From positions 249,997 to 313,996 of the forward strand of contig NMRA01000251.1 of the NCBI GenBank assembly GCA_002633005.1: a stretch of 64,000 nucleotides of DNA, written 5' to 3'. Below are positions 1 to 11,470 of this stretch, piece after piece; position 1 is the stretch's first letter; each line of letters begins with the position of its first letter. The notes below the pieces were generated by a model. It saw only the letters and a program-made list of their open reading frames with translations. It did not search any database and was not told the DNA's origin. The DNA is from Phoronis australis (lineage: Eukaryota; Animalia; Phoronida). A program made the translations under genes and the position numbers.

Positions 1-257
1 GAAATTCATCAGTGCTACTGGTTTTTGTTCAAAAACGTTATAAGTTAATTATTTAACAGCACAGCCCAGCCAGGCTAGATACGGTCTTATTGGAGATTAG
101 AGCTATTATCGAACAAAGGAAAGCTGGCCCTCCCGTCATAAATGCCAGACTGGAGTTAATCTGTCGTGTAAGATATTGGCTAGAGGGATCATCTTCCCAA
201 CTTGGTGTTGGGCTATAGAATCGAAAAAGTTGGCATCAACGGGAAAACGCCGTAATG
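1..257 (+). repeat. Dispersed repeat, copy 1 (copy 2 at ~27130-27402); possibly the 3' end of a Penelope-like element
   Basis: Close match to 27193-27402 (e.g. tcttattggagattagagc.attatcgaacaaa.gaaagctggc; ggagttaatc.gtcgtgtaagatattggcta). Translates to LLEIRAIIEQRKAGPPVINA, resembling the L.E...I....P.IN C-terminus of the PLE GIY-YIG domain (inference). Confidence 0.6.
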
Positions 258-861
258 TGTATTGTAGTAACCACGGTATACGCAACTTGATACTGGTAGA
301 CAAGCTATCTCCAAGTTTGCGTACACAAGTTGCTCCGGCAACAGTTTTTGGATATTCAAAACCATTCTACTTGTTATGGTATATCTTTGATAAAGCAACG
401 ACGATTTGAATTAGTTTATCTAAATTTTACGACAGTTCACAAGTCTACAGGTGCCTGGTGGGCCCAGCTTAGTCTAATGTTGCAGTCATAAAATAACTGG
501 TTCAATGGAAACGTTACATTCAAGCTTTGCAACTCTCCGACGTTTATCAGAAGGGTCACTAAAAATACCTGCACCATGGCTTCTAACATGACCTCAGTCT
601 AGACTAAACTTAGTTATCTTGACAATCAAAATACCTAAATACGTACACGTTTGTAGTAAAACCCAGTTTGCCTTAGAAAACAGGTTCGTTTCGCATACCC
701 TGTGTGTACTTACTTACTTCTAACATAAATGCCTTCAACCCGAAATTGCTGACTTTGTTTGCCAAAATACCTGGTTACCATGGCAGCAGTTCATACATGC
801 ATTTCAACCAGACAACACCACAGAGTTTCGTATAGGCGGCCACTATTACACACAGGCTCGA

Positions 862-960
862 ACGCACACGCACATACACACCCACCCCACACCACACACA
901 CACACACGCACACACACACGCATACACACACACGCACACACATATACGCATACACTCATA
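862..960. repeat. Imperfect (CA)n microsatellite
   Basis: Seen directly; it explains the spurious HT/CV-rich ORFs here. Confidence 0.9.
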
Positions 961-3900
961 CTATATACTGTGTATATATATATGTTTGTATAAATAACGT
1001 ATATACATAAATATTTAGGCCAGTGGTATTTGAAAAGTATGTACAAAACCTCACCAAAACTAGCTGCAGCAATATACAGAGCTGTGCTTATTTAATTTCA
1101 ACACTCTGGACCTCCGACCGTTTCTGTTAAAAACGTTTATTCGCTAAAAATAATAATTTTACAAATTAATTAATAACTACGTAGGTTATATTTCTCACAT
1201 CACGAAAATCATATGTTGAGACCCAAACCGGTCACGATTGGGCGACTCGACCAGTTTTCCTACCTCAGGATTTGCCGGGTCAGATCAGAGACCTCATGCT
1301 GATGCTGTTGTGGTTAATTTAATTGCCTCAAGCTGCTGATGCAATTGTTCTTAGATAATCAGACCCACCATAAACACACTGAGGGCGACGATTTTATGAA
1401 TTTTTTCCAATAAGCATACTTCAACGTTCATGAGAAGTAGACGTTGTTTGGTTTTGGAATTTTTAAAATCGGAAAAGAAATGAGACTTTAGCCTGTGTGA
1501 ATTTAAACCGAAAGTTGCCCAGAGCTCACACGTAGTCCAGCCAGTATTAGGTGCCTCATTAACACTGTGGGGTGTGCAACGTAATGGGCCGATTACCAAA
1601 CTAGCTTGGAGCGTTGGATTTTGAGGTAGGCCAAGTGTCATCGTACAATTCTTGGCATGCAGGACATCAGACATATTCTCTTTATCCCGATTTTTTAAAA
1701 GGAAATTTGAAAGATTATTCCATACTGCTTGTTCAAAAACAGGACAATAGCACTTAAAGTGGATTTCAATTTCCATCTCTATAGATTGTACATTTGGTTT
1801 TCCGGTTCTAGCATGACAATGTCACCAAACCTAAATGATGATTTTTTTCGGCTGAATAATATTTACATGCCGGTTATTAGGAACAGTACTTCTAAGACAT
1901 GTTCTATGTTGCTTACATTGTACGTTAAGTTGCAAATCACGTCGACACTGTGAAGCATTTTAACATTAAAGCAACTCTCAAAACATGAGGGTTCTCGAGT
2001 CGTGTTTCTGAAATGCTTCGTAAACGTTGCAGTAGAAAGAGGTCGCTTCATTGCGTTCAAAACCATTAAGTGACGTTGGTTGCATTAATTGCATCGACAA
2101 TTGTAAGAAAATACCAAACACGTCAGCTGGCAAGTTACACATGTAGATGCATATTTGAATAGTACACTGTAAGTCATGCATATACTTTGCTGTATTTGCT
2201 ATGCACCCGAAATTTTTGAGAGTGGTGAATACGTTAATACGAAACTCAAACACTCGTCGTTTTTACCCCTTACAGACGCCACTGGTAAATGAAACTCACG
2301 ATCGCCCTTGTGAACACAAAATCGCTCTTCATCAGTTGTTAAACAAGTTCATATTTATCATTGAGCATAGATCATTCAGATTTAATGAAAATCTGGATTT
2401 CAGATTCTGTCACACAAAAAGCACTGAAGTTTTACTTGATGAACTCTACATGCACGCGGAAATTTGTTCTCACCAACTGTAATGCCCTTGACCTTATGAG
2501 AAACAAATCCCTTTATATGTGACGATAAACGTAATTTTGGATAAAATTCAATTATTACCGATCGATGAACACCAAATTTATTTTCCTATTTTTTTTCGAA
2601 AACAACGTGTCACAAAGTTGCAAAGATGAATTTTACCGAATCGAAGAACAGAAGCAATATAATCAGTCCGATTGAAAAAGTAATCCTTAACTAAACTACG
2701 GGCTGCTGGACGGTGCTGCTGGTGCTGGTGCTAGTGCTTCTGTTGATGATAATGATGGTGATGGTCCTGGTGATGTTGATGATGATCATTCAAAAATTAA
2801 GAAATTTGGCTTACTTCGCATTCATGTCACTGAAATTGTGATACACTTTCTTTATGCACTATTCTCAAACTTGCTGTTTAGGATTGTTTTCAAAATGCTT
2901 AACTTATGAACAAGGTGTTTTCAAAATGGGACTTCCACGATTTCCATGTGAAGTCTTCCCAGTTACATATAAGAAAACGGAGATGGCAATTTTGAGAACG
3001 GTAACAGCGTTTGTGATTTTACAAAAAATAAAGATTAATGATCAATGATATTGGTGATGTTGTTTTGCTATTTATATATATATTTTTTCTCTTTTTGCAA
3101 AAATTTGACCGAAAAGTCACAGTGACGTGACACAGAGTGGTAAAGGTTTCTAATATATATTTTTAATGAGTTGAAAACAATGTTTTGATATGTATTTTCC
3201 TATATGCAAAGAGCTGTATATACATGTACATGTCACGTGCTACACAACATTAATCTTAACAGTTGTCCATTTTAAAATGAAGTTCGCCAAGTTTATCTTC
3301 CACAGTGCCTATCAATGATTGATCGGCTGGTTTGTGTCAGCTATCGTGTCTCACCGGGGTACAGGTGCCTGGACACATCTCCTTGTACCTTGTTTTGGAA
3401 CATTTCTTTGCTTTGCAAGATATCATTTTTCAAAGCGTTCGTATTTTTCTTCTTTTTATTATTGTCATATAAACCAGTCCTCTACTAAACGCAACTTCCC
3501 AGGTCAAGCGATACTAGGTATCTGATTTATATATTAATTAAATCTGGGTAGATGGCGAGTGTCACGGTAACTATTTGTTTTGGCACTTCGACAGAAGGAA
3601 CGATGCCGAAGTACCTTAAGTACACGTAACACAAGTAATAAATTTAGAAAAATCCTGTAATGTTTTGCGAAATCACATTTGGCGATGAATCGTCACGCTA
3701 AGCGTCGGGCATTGGGATATGTTTCACAATGTGCGACATTCCAGGCCCGTTCGACTGAACCCCCACCGCGGAAAATGTCCAGCTCCAGCATAATCATTTC
3801 AAAATTGATTCTGAATCAAGGCGATTTACATGTACACACTTGCGCCGTACCCGGCCAACTTCGTCAAGTGGCCACGTCTTTGCGTAGACTACTAGATGAC

Positions 3901-4489
3901 AGGGTCGTGCAGACGACATTTAGATGAGGATTTATGTAACTAACAGTCATAAGCCACCGGCTACCACGTTGAAATCGCGTGGTGACTGTACCGTGATACA
4001 ACCGTACATGTACATGTACATACATGTAGCCTACGCATTCTTCTTACGTAATCAGTGCATCTTGTGCTGAGGGATTGCTGCCTACACCTGCCCCGACAAA
4101 CGCTGGAAATCATCCAATGTGGTCTGGTTTTTGTGGCACGGGCACCTACTTTACGGGCTCCGTTCGGGTGTAAGTGTCGCGTGTAACTACGACCGTAATT
4201 ACAACCGAGACTTCGCTCACGTTTTACATTAATCAATATTATATGCTATGATTTTTTTTCTGTAGGTTGTACGCTTGTACATGTAATTATACGCTCGTAT
4301 TTTTCGCTTGTTACTTTACGCTCTTAATTTGACGTTCGTATCGTGAACATGTTATGAATTGCTCAGGAGTTAAAATCTCAGGTGCAAAGTATAAAAGTGC
4401 AAAAGAATGAAAAAATCGTCAAAGACTGGTCGCTTTTTTATTACTGCCCTAGTAATCCAAGGCATTTGAAAGTGGTCAGTTTTAGTAAT

Positions 4490-6011
4490 CAGTGCGGTGC
4501 GTGAATGTATATCTTAACAGGTTCCGGAGAATCTTTTTGTTGTTTATCTTACATATGAACGAGCAACAGCTTTCATTTTCACAACCCCAATATGTCCGAA
4601 ATGCAATCCATTTAACACCTTATTTCTACATTTTGGCGGTATTATTACTCTTAATCCCTAAAAATAAACATCCATTTTCTATTGTAAGCTCATTTCTCCT
4701 GTAGAAAAAAGGCTTCAATACTTCATCAGTTTCTGACAGTTTCTTTGGCCAACCATCAATGGTATACCTCATAACTCTTGATAAAACAGGATCATTCCGC
4801 GTTTCCCGTTTTATAAGGTTATTTTCCACGGGCAAAATATCAACATGGAATACCTGAGCATAAGTTGGCTCATATTCATTTTCAGCTTGTTGACATTCGT
4901 CAGCTGGTAATCTAGATCAACAGTCCGCGTTGGCGTTGGATTTGCTATTACGAAATTTGATATCGTAGTTGAATCCAGACAAATACATTGCCCACCTTTG
5001 CATTCTTTCTGCTGCTAAAATAGGTATGTCGGTTTTTGGACCAAAAATTGCAACAAGTGGTTTGTTGTCAGTAATCAGTGTAAATTTCCGACCATACAAA
5101 TACGGATAGAACCGTTTCATAGCAAAGATTGTCGCCAATGCTTCTCTTTCAATATGAGGGTATTTCCTCTCTGTTTTACTCAGACTACGTGAAGCAAATT
5201 GAATAGGTCTTTCTTCACCATCAACAGTGTGCGACAATACCGCACCTACACCTTTAGGAGATGCATCTGTTGCCACGGTTACTGGTAATTCTGAGTTAAA
5301 ATGAACCAGGAATCCAGATTATTTCAATGCGTTTTTTGACTTTTGAAAAGCTTTTTTAGCTTTGGCTGTCCACTCAAACTTAGTGGATTTCTGCAACATT
5401 GTAGTCAAAGGCGCAATAACTGTGGACATACCTCTTATGTATCGTCTGTAGTAATTTAGATGACCCAAATAACTTCTTAGACCAGACACATCTTTTGGTA
5501 ATGGCATGTTCATAATCAAATCGACCTTTTTCTTAGATTTATGAACTCCAGTTTTGTCAATAACGAGGCCCAAGTACTCTACTGAATCCCTCATAAATTC
5601 ACATTTGGATTTTTTCAATCTCAACCCATATTCTTTCAATCGATCTAGAACTTTGTTTAATTTTTCCAAATGTCCTTCGTAAGATTTACTTGTAACCAAT
5701 ATGTCATCCAGGTAAACTTGTACTCCTGACAAGCCTTGTAACACTTGTTCAACTGCATTTTGCCATAGAGAGGGTGCACTAGTGATTTCGAAAACAAGAC
5801 GATTCTGAGTGAACAACCGTTTGTGTGTCGCAATTGTCAAATACTTTTTTGATTCGTCAGTAAGCTCCATTTGATTGTACGCATGAGCTAGATCCAATTT
5901 CGAAAAACTGATCCCTCCTCTCAAATTAGCCAAAATTCCTCAATATTGATATTGGGCGGTGCCACTGGTTTGAGATTCGGATTTACAGTAGTTTTGTAAT
6001 TTCCGCATATT
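4490..6011 (-). mobile_element. Degenerate Ty3/Gypsy (Mag/K02A2.6-type) pol fragment: RT, RNase H, start of integrase zinc-binding region
   Basis: ORF pieces ICGNYKTTVNP, FSKLDLAHAYNQ, VQVYLDDILV, VEYLG; RNase H ATDASPKGVGAVL...EREALA...TDNKPL; then ENGCL..G.RVIIPP...LHFGHIGVVKMK. Broken by stops and frameshifts; the 5' side runs into an N-gap. Confidence 0.93.
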
Positions 6012-6155
6012 NNNNNNNNNNNNNNNNNNNNNNNNNNNNNNNNNNNNNNNNNNNNNNNNNNNNNNNNNNNNNNNNNNNNNNNNNNNNNNNNNNNNNNNNN
6101 NNNNNNNNNNNNNNNNNNNNNNNNNNNNNNNNNNNNNNNNNNNNNNNNNNNNNNN

Positions 6156-6305
6156 CTTGATGTGATGACTGTATGGGATACAAATACATCCTTGATGTGA
6201 TGACTGTATGGGATACAAATACATCCTTGATGTGATGACTGTATGGGATACAAATACATCCTTGATGTGATGACTGTATGGGATGCAAATACATCCTTGA
6301 TGTGA
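6156..6305. repeat. 35-bp tandem repeat (~4.3 visible copies) next to an assembly gap
   Basis: Unit cttgatgtgatgactgtatgggatacaaatacatc repeated nearly perfectly. Confidence 0.95.
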
Positions 6306-6494
6306 CACCTGTATCTGCCTAATGCTGATCATGTTACTTTCATTGTCTGATATACTTAGCTATTCACAGTAAAAATGGTCTCTTAAAGCATCTTAATAGA
6401 AAACATGCGTGCAGTTAAGAAATAAATAGCATAACACATCTGTTACATTCCAACAAGAATGTCATAATTGTCTGTGTCACCTGCTCCTTACCAG

Positions 6495-6665
6495 CTAACT
6501 GTACAGTGGGGACATTTGTTGATGCTACAAAGAGCTACAAGGAGTGTACCCCCTGTCCAAATGGTCAGTACCAGGATACAGCCAGACAGGTCAAATGCAA
6601 GGAATGTAAGGATGATGAAAACACGGGGGGTGTTGTTGGATCTACTTCAAAGGAACAGTGTGCAA
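6495..6665 (+). CDS. Isolated phase 1-1 exon encoding an ephrin-receptor-like (GCC2/GCC3) Cys-rich module, as in SVEP1/SCUBE-type proteins
   Basis: Acceptor ctccttaccag and donor gtaagt flank 171 nt reading (A)NCTVGTFVDATKSYKECTPCPNGQYQDTARQVKCKECKDDENTGGVVGSTSKEQCA, which fits C..GT......C..CP.G.YQ......C..C.....T...GS....C. Not in the ORF track. Confidence 0.8.
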
Positions 6666-6875
6666 GTAAGTAGTGAGAATAGAATTGATTTAAAACGTGC
6701 ACCCAGATTGTTTATCGGTGTCCTGGTTTATCGACTTGTTCTTTTTGCTTCTGGCTTGTTGTTGAAATGAAGCAAACAAGTCGAATGTTCTTGGCATATA
6801 TCTTCTCGTAACAGTTGTTGCTTGCTTGGTTAGTAGAGTTTGTGTTGGTTGTTAGTAAACTACTTTGCTGCAGAT

Positions 6876-7543
6876 TGTTGTGTATCTTACTTTGTCAAAT
6901 AAAGTAGAGACTCCATTAACTATGCAGTGAAACGAACAGAATTGAACTGAACACTGAACCGATTTGAGCGCGACTACATAGTCCGTAATCGACTCACCTC
7001 TATTTTGGTCTCGTTTGATAAACTCTCTCCTTTCCGCAATTGTCAGTCGTGGTCCTGCCAAGTGTTTCGTCAGAGTTTCCTTTAACTCTACGTATGTTTT
7101 CTGGTTGGGTTTGGCTGGGCTGACCAGATCCCGTACAATTTCATAATACTTCTTGCCAATGGAATGCAAGAACATTGCTGCCACTTGCTTCTTCGTGAAA
7201 TCTGTTTCCCCATTCGCTTGTAGAAACAGTTCAAACCTTTCCAAGTAGCATTCCCACTCCTCGCTACCATCATATTCACTGGAAAACGGGGGCAGGTAAC
7301 TTTGTGAGCTCGCAGTCATTTCGTCGCCACTGTTGTGTATCTTACTTTGTCAAATAAAGTTACACTCCATTAACTATGCAGTGAAACGAACAGAATTGAA
7401 CTGAACACTGAACTGATTTATTCTACATATCATCTCGATATATATACACACAACTACATAACAACATATGATGCGTTACCTCTGACACACTTCCTATACT
7501 AGGAATCGCACGACATAATAATTTATCTAAACATCATTCAACA
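6876..7543 (-). mobile_element. Internally deleted Gypsy element: LTR (~7331-7543), PBS, truncated gag (6961-7319), partial second LTR end (6876-6960)
   Basis: TGTTG...CAACA termini; PBS-like TGGCGACGA (7321-7329, minus strand) just before the gag ATG; gag motif WECYLERFELFLQAN...L.H.....TIAERREF..R.Q..GESI.DY; 85 bp of the LTR end repeated at 6876-6960. Outer LTR boundary uncertain and no TSD found. Confidence 0.85.
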
Positions 7544-8550
7544 AAGAATGGACTCACCGGAGACGGCCCAAGAGTTGTTATCTCTGCGGCGAAAGATGNC
7601 CTATACTAGGAATCGCATGACATAATACCAATTAAACTACTGAACTCATAAACAATAACAACCTACAAACATCCTATTATTGTGTGACTAAGTACACAAC
7701 ACTTTTTATTTTATTTGTTAATATGTTTTTTCAATACTTAGGCCGAGTTTCATTCTCGTAACTGCGTTGATGGTAAATCACTCATTCTTTATTCAAAACA
7801 TTTGCAGAACAAACCATTTGCACCACAAAAACAATATCAAAAGCGTATTAGTTTAATGGCTGGTGGTCTCATGGACTGTTACTTACTCTGGCAACTACTT
7901 TATAAAATAACGAGCGTAAAATTCCGAGTGAAAAATATAAGCCTTCAAAATTCTTCAGAGCTCACGTGACCTACATATCAATTCTCATTGGCAATAACAA
8001 TTTGGGTCGTAAAACACGTGCGAAGTGGCCTGTCGTAGAACCAAAAACTGTAAACAACCACCGCAGTTCTGATAAACGCCTCCAATGAGATTCCTGCGGG
8101 AACTAATTTTTGACTCCGATTTGACGGCGTAATCTTACCTGCTACACAGTTTGAAATGAACCTGGCCTCTCTAAAAGTTATCTTATTTACCAGCGATTTC
8201 TCTGCGTGTTTCAGCCAGTTACCGTGTCTCACTGGGATACAAGGGTATAATACAATCTATCATTTCCGTGTTTTGCTGCAAATAACTCGGCTTGCAAGAT
8301 AACATTTTCCAGGGGGTCCAAATATTCTTGTTTTGATCACTGTTATCTAAACATGGTGTTTACTTATCGTCCAAAGTGAACTGGCACTAGATATCTGACT
8401 TTAACTATGACTCTCAATGTAAAATGTGTATACAGGGTTGGCATCAAAACAAAGTTTTGGCAATTTGCCAACATTTTAGTAGTTGTAAAGTACCAAAAAT
8501 CCACATATGAGGAATGGGATTGTTTTGACAACTCTTATCGGTTTCTCGTG

Positions 8551-8557
8551 ATATAAA
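8551..8557 (+). promoter_or_regulatory. Candidate TATA box of the cephalotoxin-like gene
   Basis: ATATAAA about 55 bp upstream of the signal-peptide ATG at 8610. Confidence 0.45.
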
Positions 8558-8609
8558 GCGGAAAACCCTAGTTTTGCGTGAAAGCAAGTTTCACAACTCA
8601 ACTGCGAAC

Positions 8610-9283
8610 ATGAATTACTTTTTGACTCTTTTCGTCACTCTTGTGTTGTTCAGCTACCGTTCTGAAGCCACAAACAGAACTAATGAAAAACAAGCGTTCT
8701 ACACCTTCACAGAGACAGAGCAACTGTTATTTGAAGCAAAGCCGCTGTCTGAGCATTTTGAACAAGGTGTCAGAGCCGTGAAAGCGGTGACAACGATCAT
8801 CAGCAAAATGCCAAGCAAAGACAAGTTCAACAGGCAGAGGGCTCTTTTGGCTTTTGTTTCAAAACCTTCAAAGTTTTCAAAACACCTAAAACTAGCAACA
8901 GCGGGCATAAAATTATTAACCAGTTTCCTCAACTTAGGTCAAATACCCGACTTGATCAATATAAAGTTTCTTGAAGTCAATCAAAAACTTGCTGCTCTCG
9001 ACAGCAAATTAGACTCGATGGAACTGTCAATCAAGTCCAACGTCGCCTTGAATGTGTTTTTCTCGAAATGGATGACGTGGATGGATGTCACCGAAAACGG
9101 CTATAAGAAACTGATGGAAATACAAGCAGCCATGCAAACGGAGAAAACGAATATCCGGAAACTTAAGTTAGCAGAAGAATTCGTGAAGTATTACGAAGAC
9201 AATCAACTTGAAGGAACTGTAGACAATATCTACAAAATGGCCGTACTTCAAGAGACCAAGGTGACTCGCAACATATTTGACAG
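8610..9283 (+). CDS. SE-cephalotoxin-like secreted protein, exon 1 (signal peptide and helical N-terminal domain)
   Basis: MNYFLTLFVTLVLFSYRSEA signal peptide; coiled-coil-like KFLEVNQKLAALDSKLDSME; ends at GACAG|gtgagt (phase 2). Confidence 0.88.
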
Positions 9284-9989
9284 GTGAGTTAACAGGTTGA
9301 AATCTCAGCAATGTTGAATAACTTCTTGTCAGTGTTGCCTTTTCCGTTTCATGAGCTTCGGACAATATCGTAAATATCCATATTTCTTTAAAACGTTCCC
9401 TGACAACATTAATAAAACACGACAGCAAAATACTAAGGGTTATTTCTTGACAGCTGTACTTTTCAAGAAAAATGAAAAAACATTTTAGAGTTGCATTTCT
9501 CCACCAGAGAGTGTCCTTAATGGGTATGATGTTACCATATGCAATGTTTTTTCTTCCATAGTTGCAAATTTGATGGTCATACCAGTGCTTAGAAAAGATA
9601 AATCTACCTCTGGGTTGACACTCATACATGTACACAATTTTAATGGAAGTTTGAGGAATATAACTCACGCGCATTAGTTCCTATGCTTAAATCCCATCAC
9701 ACTTCATGATGCCAAATTGAAATACCTCGTCAAACTTACATTCCTACATCACATTCCTATTCCGTAGCTGTTGGTCCAAGGAGTCTTTTTTTCTTCTCTT
9801 TGATTATTGGGGACAAACAAAACAACAAGAATAATAAATATTTTAAGTTGTATTGGCGATTTCAGGGTCACAGCTCTACAAATAAATATTTCACAGAAGG
9901 AACCAGATGGGTTCCTTAATTACAAGAGATAACACACACATTCCCGATACCCAAAGTGTAACTGAGTATCGGATACTAAGTGGCACAGG

Positions 9990-10165
9990 TTAGCATAGTA
10001 CCAAATGGGTACATAATACCAAATGGGTATTGGCCGATTGCCTACCAACTGGGTCGAGCAAAGCGGCAAATTCAATAACAAGTACCAAGTGGGTACAAAC
10101 TGCCAAATGGGCAAATATCATATAAAGTACCAAGTGGGTACACCAAACAGCCAACTGGGCTATAA
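9990..10165. repeat. Degenerate short tandem repeats (agtaccaa[a/g]tgggtaca core)
   Basis: About six ccaa.tggg-based units, resembling the subterminal repeats of a DNA element. Confidence 0.7.
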
Positions 10166-11103
10166 CAACCTGCAAAGCAGGTTCCGGACAAGCTGAGTGA
10201 GCAGACCAGCCGGAGTGATAAAAAGAGATATTGTAAGAAACGTGGTGTTGTGGCTCAGTATGTGCCACATGGGCAGGGTTGTTCATGGATGAACAATCCT
10301 GTCCACCGCCACAACTCACGTGGGGGCCGTGACCCTGGTAGGGGAGTGACAGGGGATGGGAGAAAAAGGTAGTCACAAGCAATGAGAAAAGGACTAATAC
10401 CAGCCCCGGATTTGACTCCATATTCATGGAAGCTGCCCCCCCCCCCCGCCCTCCGGGATGCAGGCACGATGTTAGACTTGGGGCACGGCACACGAGGACA
10501 GATTGGATACCTCACGGTGAACAGTACCGCTCCCCCTAAGCTCGAAGCCCAGCCACACCCTGGTCGCCGAGAGAAAGTTGCGATTGCTGCACATTACAGG
10601 CACCTCTACTGACCCCATACCACACTCACCTAGCAGACACTGCTATGCCTTAGCTACAAGGGAAATTGCACCACATAACGGTGCAAGCACAAACCTACCT
10701 GGAGGACCTGCGGTGGTTCCCACCCGAGCATCGCATGGGACAGGACCACCCTACACTCCCGGCCGGGCTTTCCCCGGGTCCAAGCCGCCCCCAAAGGTCA
10801 ACTAACCCTCACTCATATCGCGGCAAATCCTAGCGAAATTCAGCCAGTTTAGGGCACACTTTAGTACCCCAATTATTACGAATCTAATGCATCATGTACG
10901 TGTATGAGCTAGGGTAGGGCAGCCCAAGAGAACTGACATTCAGGTTCCTATGTGCGAAGGTGTTGGTATTGCGGTGGAACAATTAACTTGCGTACCAGAA
11001 GAGGTAAGCGTTGTGACAATGGCTGGGGAGTGACCTCACACGGAAGCATGTGCTATTAGGGAAACTCGCTGCAAAATTGTACTGAGAACAGAAAGATTGT
11101 AGA

Positions 11104-11470
11104 TTTCTTTTTATAAAACATTTTTATTTAGTTTTTTTTTTATATTTTCATTTGTATTTTTTTTTTAATATTTTATGTAAATTTTAGAATATTTTTTTAT
11201 TTATTTTTTAATATTATTTTACTTTTTTAAATATATATTTTTTATTTAGTTTTTATGTTTGTTATTTTTTAAATAGTTTGATTTGTTTTTATTTTTTATT
11301 TCTCATATTTTCATTTGTGTGTTTTTTAAATATTTTATGTAAATTTTGAAATATTTTATTTATTTATTTTTTAATATTATTTTACTTTTTTAAATTTATA
11401 TTTTTATTTAGTTTTTATATTTGTTATTTAGTTTTTTTAAATAGTTTGATTTGTTTTTATTTTTTTGTAT
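11104..11470. repeat. T-rich low-complexity tract made of a ~180-bp tandem duplication
   Basis: atattttcatttgt...aatattttatgtaaatttt...aaatagtttgatttgtttttatttttt occurs twice. Confidence 0.8.

Noticed and set aside
1351-1776. 141-aa ORF
   Set aside because: No recognisable domain or splice structure; probably chance or transposon debris.
6156-6305. 35-bp repeats of CRISPR-like length
   Set aside because: Head-to-tail with no spacers, no cas genes, eukaryotic context; a minisatellite.
10401-10424. 2A-like motif NMESNPGL on the minus strand
   Set aside because: Lacks the required D and the final P of D(V/I)ExNPGP, and no LINE ORF follows.
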